This document shows positions 38,473 to 49,740 of a DNA stretch of 64,000 nucleotides, piece after piece. How positions within the stretch are numbered: the stretch's first letter is position 1; the number at the start of each line of letters is the position of its first letter. The position numbers and the translations under genes are program-made. The notes below the pieces were generated by a model. It did no database searches. It was not told the origin of the DNA and was given only the letters and a program-made list of their open reading frames with translations. Origin of the DNA: Candidatus Hydrogenedentes bacterium UBA6118 (GTDB lineage: Bacteria > Hydrogenedentota > Hydrogenedentia > Hydrogenedentales > SLHB01); assembly GCA_002422525.1 (NCBI GenBank), contig DIWA01000063.1:9920-73919 (forward strand), given 5' to 3'.

Positions 38473-38525
38473 GGTGAGTTCCCTTTCCCAGTTCCCGTCC
38501 GCCTTCCATCCCGCGCGTACGACGG

Positions 38526-38553
38526 AAAACGCGGGAGGATCGCTCCCCCCGCG
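38526..38553 (-). terminator. Possible intrinsic terminator after gltA
   Basis: Minus strand reads acgcgggggagcgatcctcccgcgt followed by ttt; the stem is imperfect. Confidence 0.35.
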
Positions 38554-38612
38554 TCACATACCGCCTGCCCCGCCTCGCACGGCGACGCGACCCGATCAAA
38601 GTCGGACTCCGC

Positions 38613-39881
38613 TCAGGCGCGTTCCCAGACAGGCACGAACGGCCGACGATTCCCGCCCACATACACCTGCCGCGGACGATGAATGCGCCCGGAGGTGTCG
38701 GCGTGCATCTCGCGCCAGTGCGCCAGCCACCCCGGCATCCGGCCCAGCGCGAACATCACGGTGAACATGTCCGTCGGGATGCCCAGCGCGCGGTAGATGA
38801 TGCCGCTGTAGAAGTCGACATTCGGATACAGCTTCCGCTCCACGAAGAAGTCGTCGCTCAGGGCCACCTCTTCCAGGTTCTTGGCGATGTCGAGCAGCGG
38901 ATCGACCACGCCCAGTTCTTCCAGCACCTCGTCACAGGCCTTCTTCAGGATGCGCGCGCGCGGGTCGAAGTTCTTGTACACGCGATGACCGAACCCCATC
39001 AACCGGAACCCGGACTCCCGGTCCTTGGCGAGACCCACGTACTTGCGGTAGTCGCCGCCGTCGTCCGCAATCCGCTGGAGCATTTCAATCACGGCCTGGT
39101 TTGCGCCGCCGTGAAGCGGGCCCGACAACGCGCAGATGCCCGCGCTTATCGAGGCGTAGATGTCCGCCTGACTGCTGCCCACCATGCGCACCGTCGACGT
39201 GCTGCAGTTCTGCTCGTGGTCCGCATGCACCGTCAGCAGCAGGTTCAGCGCGTTCTCGAGCGTCTCCGACACCTCATAGGGTTCGGCCGGCGTCGCGAAC
39301 ATCATGCGCAAGAAGTTCGCCGCGTAGCTGAGCCCCGCCTGCGGATAGACGATCGGCTCGCCCACGGATTTCTTGTACGAGATGGCCGCGATGGTCTTGG
39401 CTTTCGCCAGCAGGCGCACGATATTCCGGTCCACGTCATCCCCGTCCGGGTAGAACGCCGGCAACGACGCCACCATCGACGAGAGCACCGACATGGGGTG
39501 CGAGGTGGGCGGGAAGTGATCGAAGAAGTTGATCATGCTCTCATGGATCAGGCTGTGTATCGTGAGCTGGCGCCGCCATTCGTTCAGCTCCGACTGGTTC
39601 GGCAGGTGGCCGTAAATCAGGAGGAATGCGACTTCCGGGAACCGAGCCGACGACGCCAGGTCCTCGATATCGTACCCGCGATACCGCAGAATCCCCGCCT
39701 CGCCGTCGATGAAGGTCACTTCGCTCTGGCAACTGCCGGTGTTGCCATAGCCCGAATCCATGGTGATGTAGCCGGACTGACTGCGCAAGCTCGATATGTC
39801 GATGGCTCGCTCGCCTTCCGTGCCCACTACAACAGGAAACTCGTACTCTTTCTCGTCGAGGATCAACTTCGCCGTACTCAT
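38613..39881 (-). CDS. gltA: Citrate synthase (type II)
   Basis: DSGYGNTGSCQS.VTFIDGEAGILRYRGY, HADHEQNCSTS, GPLHGGAN, LMGFGHRVYKNFDPR, LYPNVDFYSG, HRPRQVY. Confidence 0.96.
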   Translation of the reverse strand: MSTAKLILDEKEYEFPVVVGTEGERAIDISSLRSQSGYITMDSGYGNTGSCQSEVTFIDGEAGILRYRGYDIEDLASSARFPEVAFLLIYGHLPNQSELNEWRRQLTIHSLIHESMINFFDHFPPTSHPMSVLSSMVASLPAFYPDGDDVDRNIVRLLAKAKTIAAISYKKSVGEPIVYPQAGLSYAANFLRMMFATPAEPYEVSETLENALNLLLTVHADHEQNCSTSTVRMVGSSQADIYASISAGICALSGPLHGGANQAVIEMLQRIADDGGDYRKYVGLAKDRESGFRLMGFGHRVYKNFDPRARILKKACDEVLEELGVVDPLLDIAKNLEEVALSDDFFVERKLYPNVDFYSGIIYRALGIPTDMFTVMFALGRMPGWLAHWREMHADTSGRIHRPRQVYVGGNRRPFVPVWERA

Positions 39882-40063
39882 ACTCACTCTTCCCACCATA
39901 GCCGGGTTGTCGCCCGCACCCCGACTGAATCGAGCCGCGGACGGCCTTCACCACTTCTGCCCCGAGAGGCTTCGCCCGCATGGCCACAGCCCCATGCGAC
40001 GATGGACACTGGTGTGCGCAGTTGCGCGAAAAACCGGCGAACCGCCCTGATTACCGGCGGCGC

Positions 40064-40093
40064 ACTATACCAATCCCGCCGGCAAATTGTCTA
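40064..40093 (-). promoter_or_regulatory. Putative sigma70 promoter of gltA (TAGACA-N18-TATAGT, extended TG)
   Basis: Minus strand reads tagaca atttgccggcgggattgg tatagt. Confidence 0.5.
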
Positions 40094-40200
40094 TCGTCAG
40101 GCCTTGCCGCCGTTGCCGACCGGGCCAGTCCGCCGGGCATCCGGGAACATCGCGGATACCAACACCCGAGCCCTCCCCAACCTTCCCGAGGAAATGCACA

Positions 40201-40230
40201 TTGACACGCCGAGACGACCCGACTGAGAAT
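40201..40230 (+). promoter_or_regulatory. Possible sigma70 promoter (TTGACA-N18-GAGAAT)
   Basis: Perfect -35 and weak -10, about 60 nt upstream of the ATG at 40292. Confidence 0.35.
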
Positions 40231-40291
40231 ACAGGGACGAGACTGACCAAGCCCACTGCAAACCGGAACCGTTCACACGGAGGCGCCCGAT

Positions 40292-41095
40292 ATGCATGTG
40301 CAACTCCTGCGCTCCTTCTGGGGCATGGAAAGCATTGCGCGGATTGAAGATCGCGTTCGCATGATCCGCGAGGCCGGATACAGCGGCGTAGAGGCCCCCA
40401 TCCCCGACATGGAACCCCGAGAGTGGCGCGCGCTCCTCGACGCCAACGGTCTTTCTTACGTCGCCATGATGTTCCCCGTGACACCGGATGAGTTCCGCCG
40501 GCAACTCGAGGCCGTCCACGCCTACGGCCCGACCCTGGTGACCTCGCAGAGCGGACGCGACTGCTTCAGTTTCAGCGAAGGCTGCGAGTTCTTCCTCGCC
40601 GCGCTTCAGGCGGAACGGGACGTTGGCGTCCCCGTCGCCCATGAGACCCACCGAGGCCGTATCTTCTTCACGCCCTGGCGGACGGCGCAGTACCTCGAGG
40701 AATTCCCGGATCTCCGCATCTGCGCCGACTTCAGCCACTGGTGCGCCGTCTGCGAATCCACCCTGCAAGGACACGAACACGCCCTCGAACTGGCCTGCGA
40801 ACGGGCGATCCACGTCCACGCGCGCGTCGGCTATGAGGAGGGCCCGCAAGTGCCGGATCCGCGTGCGCCGGAGTACGCCTCTCACCTCGCGCGACACGAG
40901 GCCTGGTGGGACGCCATCGTGAGCGCCCGCGCCGGCAGCGGCGCCCAATCGCTCACGATCACGCCGGAGTTCGGCCCGCCCCCCTACATGCACGCGCTGC
41001 CCTACACCCAGCAGCCCGTTGCGGACCTGTGGGACCTCTGCCTGTGGACGGCCGGGCGTCTGCGCCAGCGCTACGCATCTCGCCCGCCGCGCTGA
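40292..41095 (+). CDS. Sugar-phosphate isomerase/epimerase family (xylose-isomerase-like TIM barrel)
   Basis: AGYSGVE, AHETHRGR, ADFSHW, IHVHARVG, TPEFGP metal-ligand pattern. Confidence 0.85.
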   Translation: MHVQLLRSFWGMESIARIEDRVRMIREAGYSGVEAPIPDMEPREWRALLDANGLSYVAMMFPVTPDEFRRQLEAVHAYGPTLVTSQSGRDCFSFSEGCEFFLAALQAERDVGVPVAHETHRGRIFFTPWRTAQYLEEFPDLRICADFSHWCAVCESTLQGHEHALELACERAIHVHARVGYEEGPQVPDPRAPEYASHLARHEAWWDAIVSARAGSGAQSLTITPEFGPPPYMHALPYTQQPVADLWDLCLWTAGRLRQRYASRPPR

Positions 41096-41122
41096 GACCC
41101 GCCATCACGTTGGGTTTCAGCG

Positions 41123-42082
41123 CTACAACCCGAACTGCTGGACCAGCAGGGTCACCATCGCGTCCAGGTCGGCGCGTGTTTGCGGATGCAGCCCGAGCAT
41201 ATCGAGAACCGGCCCGACCGCCCGCTGCAGCGAAGCGATCTCGATCTCGACCGTGTCATCGCCTTCGAAAGGGCCTTCGAGCGCCGTCACGGCGGTCTCG
41301 CGCAACAATGCCTCGACATACGCCGTGATCTGCGCCATCTTGGCGTAGTTCAGCCGGTCCGGGGTGTCCGTCGGCGCGTGGTAGTGCGGCCAACGCCCGC
41401 ATGAGAGGAACAGGTAAGGTCGTCGGTTCACGCGAAACACGTGGTGGTCGCTCAAATCGCCGATGTAGCGGTTCAACGTCAGCACGGCGCGCAGTCCGGA
41501 AGCCGGCCAGGTCTGCTGCGCCACGCGCTGCAGCCCGCGATCGGACTCGACGCCCGTAACGAAGATCAGATTCTCCAGCCCGGGGATCGGCACGTCGTGG
41601 CCGCAGAGGTCCAGAACGACCGCGCAGTGCACGGGTCCTGTCCGCTGGTCACGGTAGAACCGCGTCGACCCCATCGTATCCGTCAGATAGTGAGGCGGCT
41701 CCTCTGCATCGAAGAACGCGAAGACGACATCCCGCTCCGCCGGGGCTTCGCGCAGACGCCGCGCCGTCTCGAGCAGAATCGCCACGGCCGCCGCGTTGTC
41801 GTCCGCGCCGGGAAGGGGTCCGCACGTATCGTAGTGCGCCGCGACCAGGACCGGCGGCAGCTCCCGGGAACGCCCCGGCGCAACGCCGAGCAGGTTGCGT
41901 CCGTCGAGCGCGCCCGCCTGGTAAGGCAGCTCGTAGCCGGCGTCCGCATAGGGAGGCATGCCCAGCGTCGCCATCCGCTCGGATATCGTCTCCCGCGCCG
42001 CCTCGTGTCCCGGCGATCCCGGCAAACGTCCGCCGGGCGCCGCCAACCGTTCCACATCCGCCCTGAGTTGTCGTTCCGTCAT
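41123..42082 (-). CDS. M28-family metallopeptidase
   Basis: AHYDT, GADDNAAAVA, DAEEPP, LDLCG, SDH, YHAPTD. Confidence 0.88.
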   Translation of the reverse strand: MTERQLRADVERLAAPGGRLPGSPGHEAARETISERMATLGMPPYADAGYELPYQAGALDGRNLLGVAPGRSRELPPVLVAAHYDTCGPLPGADDNAAAVAILLETARRLREAPAERDVVFAFFDAEEPPHYLTDTMGSTRFYRDQRTGPVHCAVVLDLCGHDVPIPGLENLIFVTGVESDRGLQRVAQQTWPASGLRAVLTLNRYIGDLSDHHVFRVNRRPYLFLSCGRWPHYHAPTDTPDRLNYAKMAQITAYVEALLRETAVTALEGPFEGDDTVEIEIASLQRAVGPVLDMLGLHPQTRADLDAMVTLLVQQFGL

Positions 42083-42223
42083 CGCCGCCCTCCTCCTTCC
42101 TCAATGCTACGCTATAGCGCGGCGCAAGGGGAGCGAGACGCGGACCAGGGCAAAAAGAAAGGAGGCGGATCCGAGACCCGCCCCCTCGCGACACGCGCTG
42201 CGCCGCCGACGCCTCGCGCGGGC

Positions 42224-43606
<1,383 letters not shown>

Positions 43607-43609
43607 GGT

Positions 43610-43903
43610 CTACCGTCCTTCCTTGTGCTTGAACATGCCCAGCATGCGGTCGGTGACCAGGTAGCCGCCTACGACGTTGATCGTCGCGAACGCGACCGCC
43701 AGGGTCCCGAGCAGCACGCTCAACCATCCGCCCCCGACTTCGCCCGCGGCGATCAGGGCGCCCACGATGGTGATGCCCGAGATCGCGTTCGACCCCGACA
43801 TCAACGGCGTGTGAAGCTGAGAAGGCACCTTCGATATCAACTCGAATCCCAAGAAGATCGAGAGCACGAAGGCGAACACCAGCAGAACCATGTATTCACC
43901 CAT
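43610..43903 (-). CDS. pntA: NAD(P) transhydrogenase subunit alpha part 2 (membrane part)
   Basis: ISKVPSQLHTPLMSGSNAISG, INVVGGYLVTDRML.MF. Confidence 0.93.
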   Translation of the reverse strand: MGEYMVLLVFAFVLSIFLGFELISKVPSQLHTPLMSGSNAISGITIVGALIAAGEVGGGWLSVLLGTLAVAFATINVVGGYLVTDRMLGMFKHKEGR

Positions 43904-43964
43904 CGACCATAGACTCCCCCGGCGACTCACCGGAATTGTCCGGAACCCGCTGCGGGCTCCGGGT

Positions 43965-44759
43965 TTACGTTTGTTCCGCGACGAGGGGTTGCGCTGCGCT
44001 ATCGCGCAGGCGCCGACCCGACACCATGATGCCCGGGCGGCCCATGCTCTGCCCGCTCAACTGCGCGTTCGCGGGGTCGCGATACCCGCAACGCACCATG
44101 CGCCGCACGTTCTTCGTCTGATTGATGTAGCTGCCGTGCACGCAGAGGATATTGAAGCACACCACATCGCCGCGTTTGGCCGGCACGGCCACGGAGTCCT
44201 CCAGCCGGTACTCCGCCGTATCCAGGTGCGGCGTGCAGGGACCGTCGGCCGTCTGCGTGATATGCGGCAGGTATCCCAGCTTGTGCGACCCGGCCAGGAA
44301 ACGGATCTCGCCGTTCTCGTGCCGCGTGTCGTCCAGGTGCACCAGCACGTCGACATACCGGTTGTCCGTGTGCTCGTAGAACGCGTTGTCCTGGTGAAGC
44401 GGGAACGGGCGCCCCGTCTCCGGCGGCTTCGCGTGCAACGTTGTATGGTGCAGCTCGACGTCTTCCCCGAGCAGGTCCGTCATCGCGCCCGTGAGCTTGG
44501 CGTTGGTCACGGCGCGCAGCCAGGAAGCGGCGTACAACTGCAGATCGTGGAGCGCCGTCAGTTTCGATTTCCGCTCCGTCTCCGCGTCCATCAGCGCCAG
44601 GCGCCACGGACCCGTCCAGCCCATTTCCGTCTGGGCCCACGCATCCATCAGATAGTCCAGGTCCCGTTCGAGCTCATCCATTTCCGCGGGCGTGAACATC
44701 TGCGGGATATGGAGATACCCGTGCTCCTCGTAGAAAGCGATCTGTTCGGTGGTCAGCAT
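43965..44759 (-). CDS. Phytanoyl-CoA dioxygenase (PhyH) family Fe(II)/2-oxoglutarate oxygenase
   Basis: EQIAFYEEHGYL, HAKPP..G.PFPLHQD (HxD), GEIRFLAGSHK, GDVVCF...VHGS..N, RR. Confidence 0.88.
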   Translation of the reverse strand: MLTTEQIAFYEEHGYLHIPQMFTPAEMDELERDLDYLMDAWAQTEMGWTGPWRLALMDAETERKSKLTALHDLQLYAASWLRAVTNAKLTGAMTDLLGEDVELHHTTLHAKPPETGRPFPLHQDNAFYEHTDNRYVDVLVHLDDTRHENGEIRFLAGSHKLGYLPHITQTADGPCTPHLDTAEYRLEDSVAVPAKRGDVVCFNILCVHGSYINQTKNVRRMVRCGYRDPANAQLSGQSMGRPGIMVSGRRLRDSAAQPLVAEQT

Positions 44760-44813
44760 GCTGTCATCTCCCGGTTGGGCGCATCCGCGGGGTCAGGCCC
44801 CGCGGTACGACCC

Positions 44814-45953
44814 TCAGGAGTCCGCGTAGACCTGCCGGATGCGCTCACTCACGACGTTGCCCTGATGCGTAACCAAACAGCCCTGAATAATCTCATCTTC
44901 CTGATTCAGCGCGAATTCTTTCGTTTCCTTATCCCAGTACTCGAGAATCAGCGCCGTCACGTTCGCGGAGTACATCTGGCTGGCGTGCACCGGGACCTGT
45001 CCCGGCAGGTTGGGGATGCCGATCACGCGCACGCCGTGATAGTCGACCTCCTTGCCCAGCTCGGCGCACTCGACGTTTCCGCCCGTCTCGATCGCCAAGT
45101 CCACAATCACGCTGCCCGGGCGCATCGACCGGACCATCTCGCTCGTGACGATGACCGGGGCCTTCCTACCAAAGAGCTGCGCCGTCGTAATCACGATGTC
45201 GGCCTGGGCGCAGACCTTCGCCATCGCGTCGCGCTGCTTCTGCTGCTGTTCCGGCGTGAGCTCCTTGGCGTAGCCGTCCTTCGTCTGCCCCGTCTCGCCG
45301 AGGTCGACCTTCACGAACCTGCCGCCCAGCGACCGCACCTGCTCCTCGACGACGGGCCGCGTGTCGAACGCGTCCACGTGCGCCCCGAGCCGTTTGGCCG
45401 TGGCGATCGCCTGCAGTCCGGCCACGCCGGCGCCGATGATGAACACGCGCGACGGGGCGATCGTGCCCGCCGGGGTCATCATCATGGGCAGAATCTTCGC
45501 CAGCCGCTCCGCGCCGAGGATCACCGCGTAGTAGCCCGCCAGGTTCGCCTGGGAGCTCAGCGCATCCATCTTCTGCGCGCGCGTGGTGCGCGGGATCATC
45601 TCCATGCTGATCGCGGAGACGCCCGCCTGCGCCAGCGCCTCGACCAACGCGCGTTCGTGGAACGGGTCGAGAAAGCTGACGTGCACGGCGCCCTGCTTCA
45701 GCGAGGCCGCCTCCTCTTGCGGAGGCTTACGCACACGGGCCACGATGTCGGCTTCGGAGAGCGCCGCCGCGCGGTCGGCTCGGACCGTCGCGCCCGCTTC
45801 CGTATACGCCTCATCCGCGTGGCCGGACGTTACGCCGAGACCGCTCTCTACAGCGATTTCGATGCCGACGCCGGCGAGTTTGCGCACGCTCTCGGGCACG
45901 AGGGCGACGCGGGTTTCGATGGGATCAGTCTCTTTAGGGACGAAAAGCAGCAT
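44814..45953 (-). CDS. pntA: NAD(P) transhydrogenase subunit alpha part 1 (NAD(H)-binding domain)
   Basis: PKE...ETRVALVP, MEMIPRTTRAQKMDALSSQANLAGY, IIGAGVAGLQAIATA, DTRP, TTAQLFG, VIVDLA.ETGGN. Confidence 0.95.
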   Translation of the reverse strand: MLLFVPKETDPIETRVALVPESVRKLAGVGIEIAVESGLGVTSGHADEAYTEAGATVRADRAAALSEADIVARVRKPPQEEAASLKQGAVHVSFLDPFHERALVEALAQAGVSAISMEMIPRTTRAQKMDALSSQANLAGYYAVILGAERLAKILPMMMTPAGTIAPSRVFIIGAGVAGLQAIATAKRLGAHVDAFDTRPVVEEQVRSLGGRFVKVDLGETGQTKDGYAKELTPEQQQKQRDAMAKVCAQADIVITTAQLFGRKAPVIVTSEMVRSMRPGSVIVDLAIETGGNVECAELGKEVDYHGVRVIGIPNLPGQVPVHASQMYSANVTALILEYWDKETKEFALNQEDEIIQGCLVTHQGNVVSERIRQVYADS

Positions 45954-45982
45954 TTCCAGGCTCCAGGTGACAAAGAGCCGCT

Positions 45983-46011
45983 AGTATAGGGATCAGCCGC
46001 GCACGATGCAA
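45983..46011 (-). promoter_or_regulatory. Putative sigma70 promoter of the pnt operon (TTGCAT-N17-TATACT)
   Basis: Minus strand reads ttgcat cgtgcgcggctgatccc tatact, 30 nt before the pntA start. Confidence 0.55.
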
Positions 46012-46062
46012 AAGCGACGCGTTGGCGACGCAGCCGAATCGACCCGTGCGCGCCCGAAGAGA

Positions 46063-46584
46063 TTACTTCTTCAGGAACCCCATGCCCTTGCTCCGATGCA
46101 GATCCTCAGAGAGGATCTGCTCGGCCCGCTTATCGCGATAGGCCTGTATCCGGTCGCGCAGCTCCGGGCGGCTGTTCGCCAGGATCGCAATCGACAGAAG
46201 CGCCGCATTCGTCGCCCCGCTCCGCCCTATACCGAGCGTGCCCACCGGGATGCCGCCGGGCATCTGCACCGTTGAGAGCAGAGAGTCGAGACCGTGCAGC
46301 GCGCTGCCCATCGGCGCCCCAAGCACCGGCCGCAGGGTGTGCGCGGCCACCACGCCGGCCAGATGCGCCGCGCCGCCCGCCGCCGCGATGAACACCTCGC
46401 AGCCGCGCGCTTCCGCCGACTGAACGAACTCGACCAAAGGGCCCGGCGTCCGATGGGCGGAGAGCACACGGCATTCATGCGAGATCTCGAACTCATCCAG
46501 CGTCTCCGACGCCGCCTCCATCGTTTCCCAGTCGGACTTGCTGCCCATCAACACCGCTACCAGTAGTTCCGACGTGTCCGCCAT
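46063..46584 (-). CDS. purE: N5-carboxyaminoimidazole ribonucleotide mutase
   Basis: [44 protein letters not shown]. Confidence 0.96.
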   Translation of the reverse strand: MADTSELLVAVLMGSKSDWETMEAASETLDEFEISHECRVLSAHRTPGPLVEFVQSAEARGCEVFIAAAGGAAHLAGVVAAHTLRPVLGAPMGSALHGLDSLLSTVQMPGGIPVGTLGIGRSGATNAALLSIAILANSRPELRDRIQAYRDKRAEQILSEDLHRSKGMGFLKK

Positions 46585-46702
46585 GGTCCTATCCTCCAGT
46601 TGCTCGGTTGCCGCAATCGCGCCAAACTACTGATTCGGCGCACGAACTGCAAGAACACACAGAAAACCGGCGGGCAATCCCGTCCGCCCGCAACGGAGCG
46701 CA

Positions 46703-46731
46703 TTGATCCGTTCGGCCGCCTGCCGCACAAT
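46703..46731 (+). promoter_or_regulatory. Possible sigma70 promoter (TTGATC-N17-CACAAT)
   Basis: About 35 nt before the GTG at 46767. Confidence 0.4.
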
Positions 46732-46766
46732 GGCGCGGTTGCACAGCCCTGGCCGAGTGGTGAACC

Positions 46767-49676
46767 GTGGCGGCAGAACTCCCTTCACATTCAGCAGATC
46801 CCGCACGACGGGTCCGGATCGCGCTCGCGGCGTTCGCGGCGGCGATCGTCCTCGCCATGACGCCGTTCACGCCCAAACCGACCGAAGACGTCAAACTGCT
46901 GTTGCTCCTGCTCGCCGGGTTCGCGCTCCCGACGATGCTCATCGCCGGCTCGTCGCGAGGCGGCCCGCCGCTGCGTCGTCCCGCCCTTTTCCTGGCCCCC
47001 TTGGGCCTGTTCACCGTCCTGAGCGTCGCCGCGACCGTCGCGTCGCCCTACACGGGCCTGTCCGCCGTGGAGACCGCGCGGCGCTGCGCCCTGTTCGCCG
47101 TCTGGCTCGCGGCCGCCCAGGCCGTCCGCCACCCCGATGAGGCGCGCGGCATCGGCGCCGCGATCTGCGTCGCCGTGGCGGTCTCTTCGCTCTACGCGTT
47201 CGCCCAAGGGCTCGGCTGGGACCCCTTCCCGTGGAACGCGGCCGACCTCGATACAACGCAGTACCGCCAACTGCCCGGCACGTTCGGCAATCCCAATGTC
47301 GCCGGACACGCGCTCGTTCCGGCGCTCTTGCTGGGGGTCTGGCTGACCGCGCAACCCGGCCGCCGCTGGTGCGCCCTCCCCTCCCTGATCATCCTGACGC
47401 ACATCGTCCTCACGCGGCATCGCGCCAGCCTGCTCGCACTGGCCTGCGCGCTGGGCGTGGTTCTTATCGCCCTCGGCTGGATGCGGCTGCGAACGCCCTC
47501 ACGCCGCGCGGCGTTCACGCTGGCGACGCTCGGACTGCTCGCATGCACGGGCGTTGCGTCCGTCGCCGGCTTCACTGCGATCCGCCACGGATCCGACGCC
47601 CCGCTGGACGGCTCCCTGCTACTGCGCTACAACTCGTTCTACGGCGCGGCGCGCATGGCCATGGATCGGCCGCTCCTCGGGTTCGGCCCGGGCGCGTACG
47701 AGATCGCCAACGTGCCCTACTGGACACAGTTCGAACAGGAACACTACGCGCGCGACCGGCTGCTGAACCACCACCCCCACTGCGAGCTTCTGGCGATCGC
47801 CTCCGAGACGGGACTCCCTGCGGCGCTGGCCTATCTGGCGCTCTTGATCACGGCCATCTGCGGGGGCGTCGTTTTCGCCGCCTTCCGACCGCCGGGCTCC
47901 GAACGGCGGTTCGGCCTGCTCACGGCCGCATTCGGCGCCGCCTTTCTGGTCGACGGCGCGTTCGGGTTCAACTATGCCTCGCACGCGTCCGCGGTCTTCC
48001 TGATGCTCATGCTTGGCGCGTTTGCAGGCGTCTGGACCGCCGCGGTTCGCCCTGCAGCCCCGCCGGTCGCGCGCCGTCGGGCGATGGCGCTGCTCCTCCC
48101 GCTGCTCCTCTTAGGTGTCGCCGCACTCTCCCTCGGTCTTCTAACGTTCTACGGACGCGTGAATCTCAAACGCGGCCAAGACGCGTTGTACTGGTCAGCG
48201 CCAGACGAGGCCGAACCCGCCCTGACCCGCGCCGCGCGCGCGCTCCCGTGGAGCTGGGACGCCCCCCACGCCCTCGCCCAAGTGCGGCAGAGCCAGGGCG
48301 ATGCCGAAGGCGCGGCGGACTGCTACCGCCAGGCGCTCGACCGACACCCCTATCACCTGCCTTCGCTCGCGGCGCTCGCCCGCACGGAGTTCAACCGGGG
48401 TTCGGCGCTGGCCGCCGCCGGGGACGCGGCCGGGGCGGAGCAGGCCTTCGCCGCGGCCGAAGCCGCCGCGGAAACGGCGCTCGACCTGTGCCCCACGCTG
48501 CCGGAAGGCCACGACATCGTCGGACGGCTGCTGTTCCGCAGGGCCGCGCCGCCCGAGGGAACGCCGGATCCCCACCTGCTCATCACAGCCGAGTCGCACT
48601 TGGCGGAGGCCTTGGCCGCGGGCGCGCCGAACCCCAGCGAACTGCTCCGCATCATCGCCCAGAGCAGGCTGCAACGCGGCGCCCCGGAGGAAGCTGAACG
48701 CGCGTTGCTCCGCGCCGCGGGGTACGAGCAGGTCGACCCCGGCGTGTGGCCGACGTTCGTCGAGACGGTCCGGCGCACGGGCGACGTCCGGACCCTGCGC
48801 GATGCGCTGGACCGTCGGATCGAGCGCAGGATCCCCGACGTGCGCGACACCGCTCGACGCCGCGCCCTGTCGGAAGCCTTGGCGGACGCCCTGGAGTGGC
48901 GGGCGCGGACCGCCGAGCTTCTCGGCGACGTACCGCCGCGAGACGCCGTCGCCACGTTCACGGACGCCGTGCGCCTCACGCCGGGCGACGCCGCGCGCTG
49001 GGCGCGGTTCCATGCCTATTGCGTGCAGGCGGACCGCATGGACGCGTTCACGGCCGCACTCATCGAGGCCTCGGCGCCGAATGCCCCCGAACGCCGCGCC
49101 TTGCCGGTCGAGGTGCGCGCGGCGGCCCAGGCGCTCGCCTCCCCGGCCGACGGCGATCACACGAAGACGTTGGGGGAATCCGCGCTCGCCGTGGCGTGGC
49201 TGGGGCGTCCCGCGTCCACGGACGGCGGCGGACGCGACCCGGCGGAGATCGCGTGGGCGGCCGAGCTGATCGCGGACGCTATTGTCACCGTCGACGCCCC
49301 CACGCCCGCACTCGACACCGCCTGCTTGGCCCTCGCTGAAACGCTGCTCAGCGCGGCACGTCCCGAGACGGCCCTTCGACTGCTCGAACAGACCGCCCCC
49401 GGGGCCGACACGCCCGAGGCCCAGGTCGCCGCCCGACTGCGAGCTCAGGCCTGCATGCAGCTCGGCCGACCCGACCAGGCCGAGCCGCCCCTGCGCGAGG
49501 CCTTGCGCGCCGCCGACGCGCCGGATCTGCGGCTGGCGTTGGCCCGCGCCCTCGCGGCCCAGGGGAAAAACGCCGCGGCGCGCCTCGAATACATGACGCT
49601 GCTGGACATGCCGCGCCTGCCCGGGGCGATCCGCGCGACCGTCGAGCGCGAACTGAGGGAATCGACCGCGCCGTAG
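46767..49676 (+). CDS. O-antigen-ligase (Wzy_C)-like membrane protein with a long C-terminal TPR region
   Basis: Many TM helices; GTFGNPN, LTRHRASLL, RPLLGFGPGAY, HPHCELL.IASETG; C-terminal helical repeats (AADCYRQALDRHP, AEPPLREALRAAD..DLRLALARALAAQG). Confidence 0.82.
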   Translation: MAAELPSHSADPARRVRIALAAFAAAIVLAMTPFTPKPTEDVKLLLLLLAGFALPTMLIAGSSRGGPPLRRPALFLAPLGLFTVLSVAATVASPYTGLSAVETARRCALFAVWLAAAQAVRHPDEARGIGAAICVAVAVSSLYAFAQGLGWDPFPWNAADLDTTQYRQLPGTFGNPNVAGHALVPALLLGVWLTAQPGRRWCALPSLIILTHIVLTRHRASLLALACALGVVLIALGWMRLRTPSRRAAFTLATLGLLACTGVASVAGFTAIRHGSDAPLDGSLLLRYNSFYGAARMAMDRPLLGFGPGAYEIANVPYWTQFEQEHYARDRLLNHHPHCELLAIASETGLPAALAYLALLITAICGGVVFAAFRPPGSERRFGLLTAAFGAAFLVDGAFGFNYASHASAVFLMLMLGAFAGVWTAAVRPAAPPVARRRAMALLLPLLLLGVAALSLGLLTFYGRVNLKRGQDALYWSAPDEAEPALTRAARALPWSWDAPHALAQVRQSQGDAEGAADCYRQALDRHPYHLPSLAALARTEFNRGSALAAAGDAAGAEQAFAAAEAAAETALDLCPTLPEGHDIVGRLLFRRAAPPEGTPDPHLLITAESHLAEALAAGAPNPSELLRIIAQSRLQRGAPEEAERALLRAAGYEQVDPGVWPTFVETVRRTGDVRTLRDALDRRIERRIPDVRDTARRRALSEALADALEWRARTAELLGDVPPRDAVATFTDAVRLTPGDAARWARFHAYCVQADRMDAFTAALIEASAPNAPERRALPVEVRAAAQALASPADGDHTKTLGESALAVAWLGRPASTDGGGRDPAEIAWAAELIADAIVTVDAPTPALDTACLALAETLLSAARPETALRLLEQTAPGADTPEAQVAARLRAQACMQLGRPDQAEPPLREALRAADAPDLRLALARALAAQGKNAAARLEYMTLLDMPRLPGAIRATVERELRESTAP

Positions 49677-49740
49677 GGCGTGTTGTCGCTTGGACCCGCT
49701 TCCGCCGCCCGTGCACCGCCTCACAGGACGAGTACAGCCG

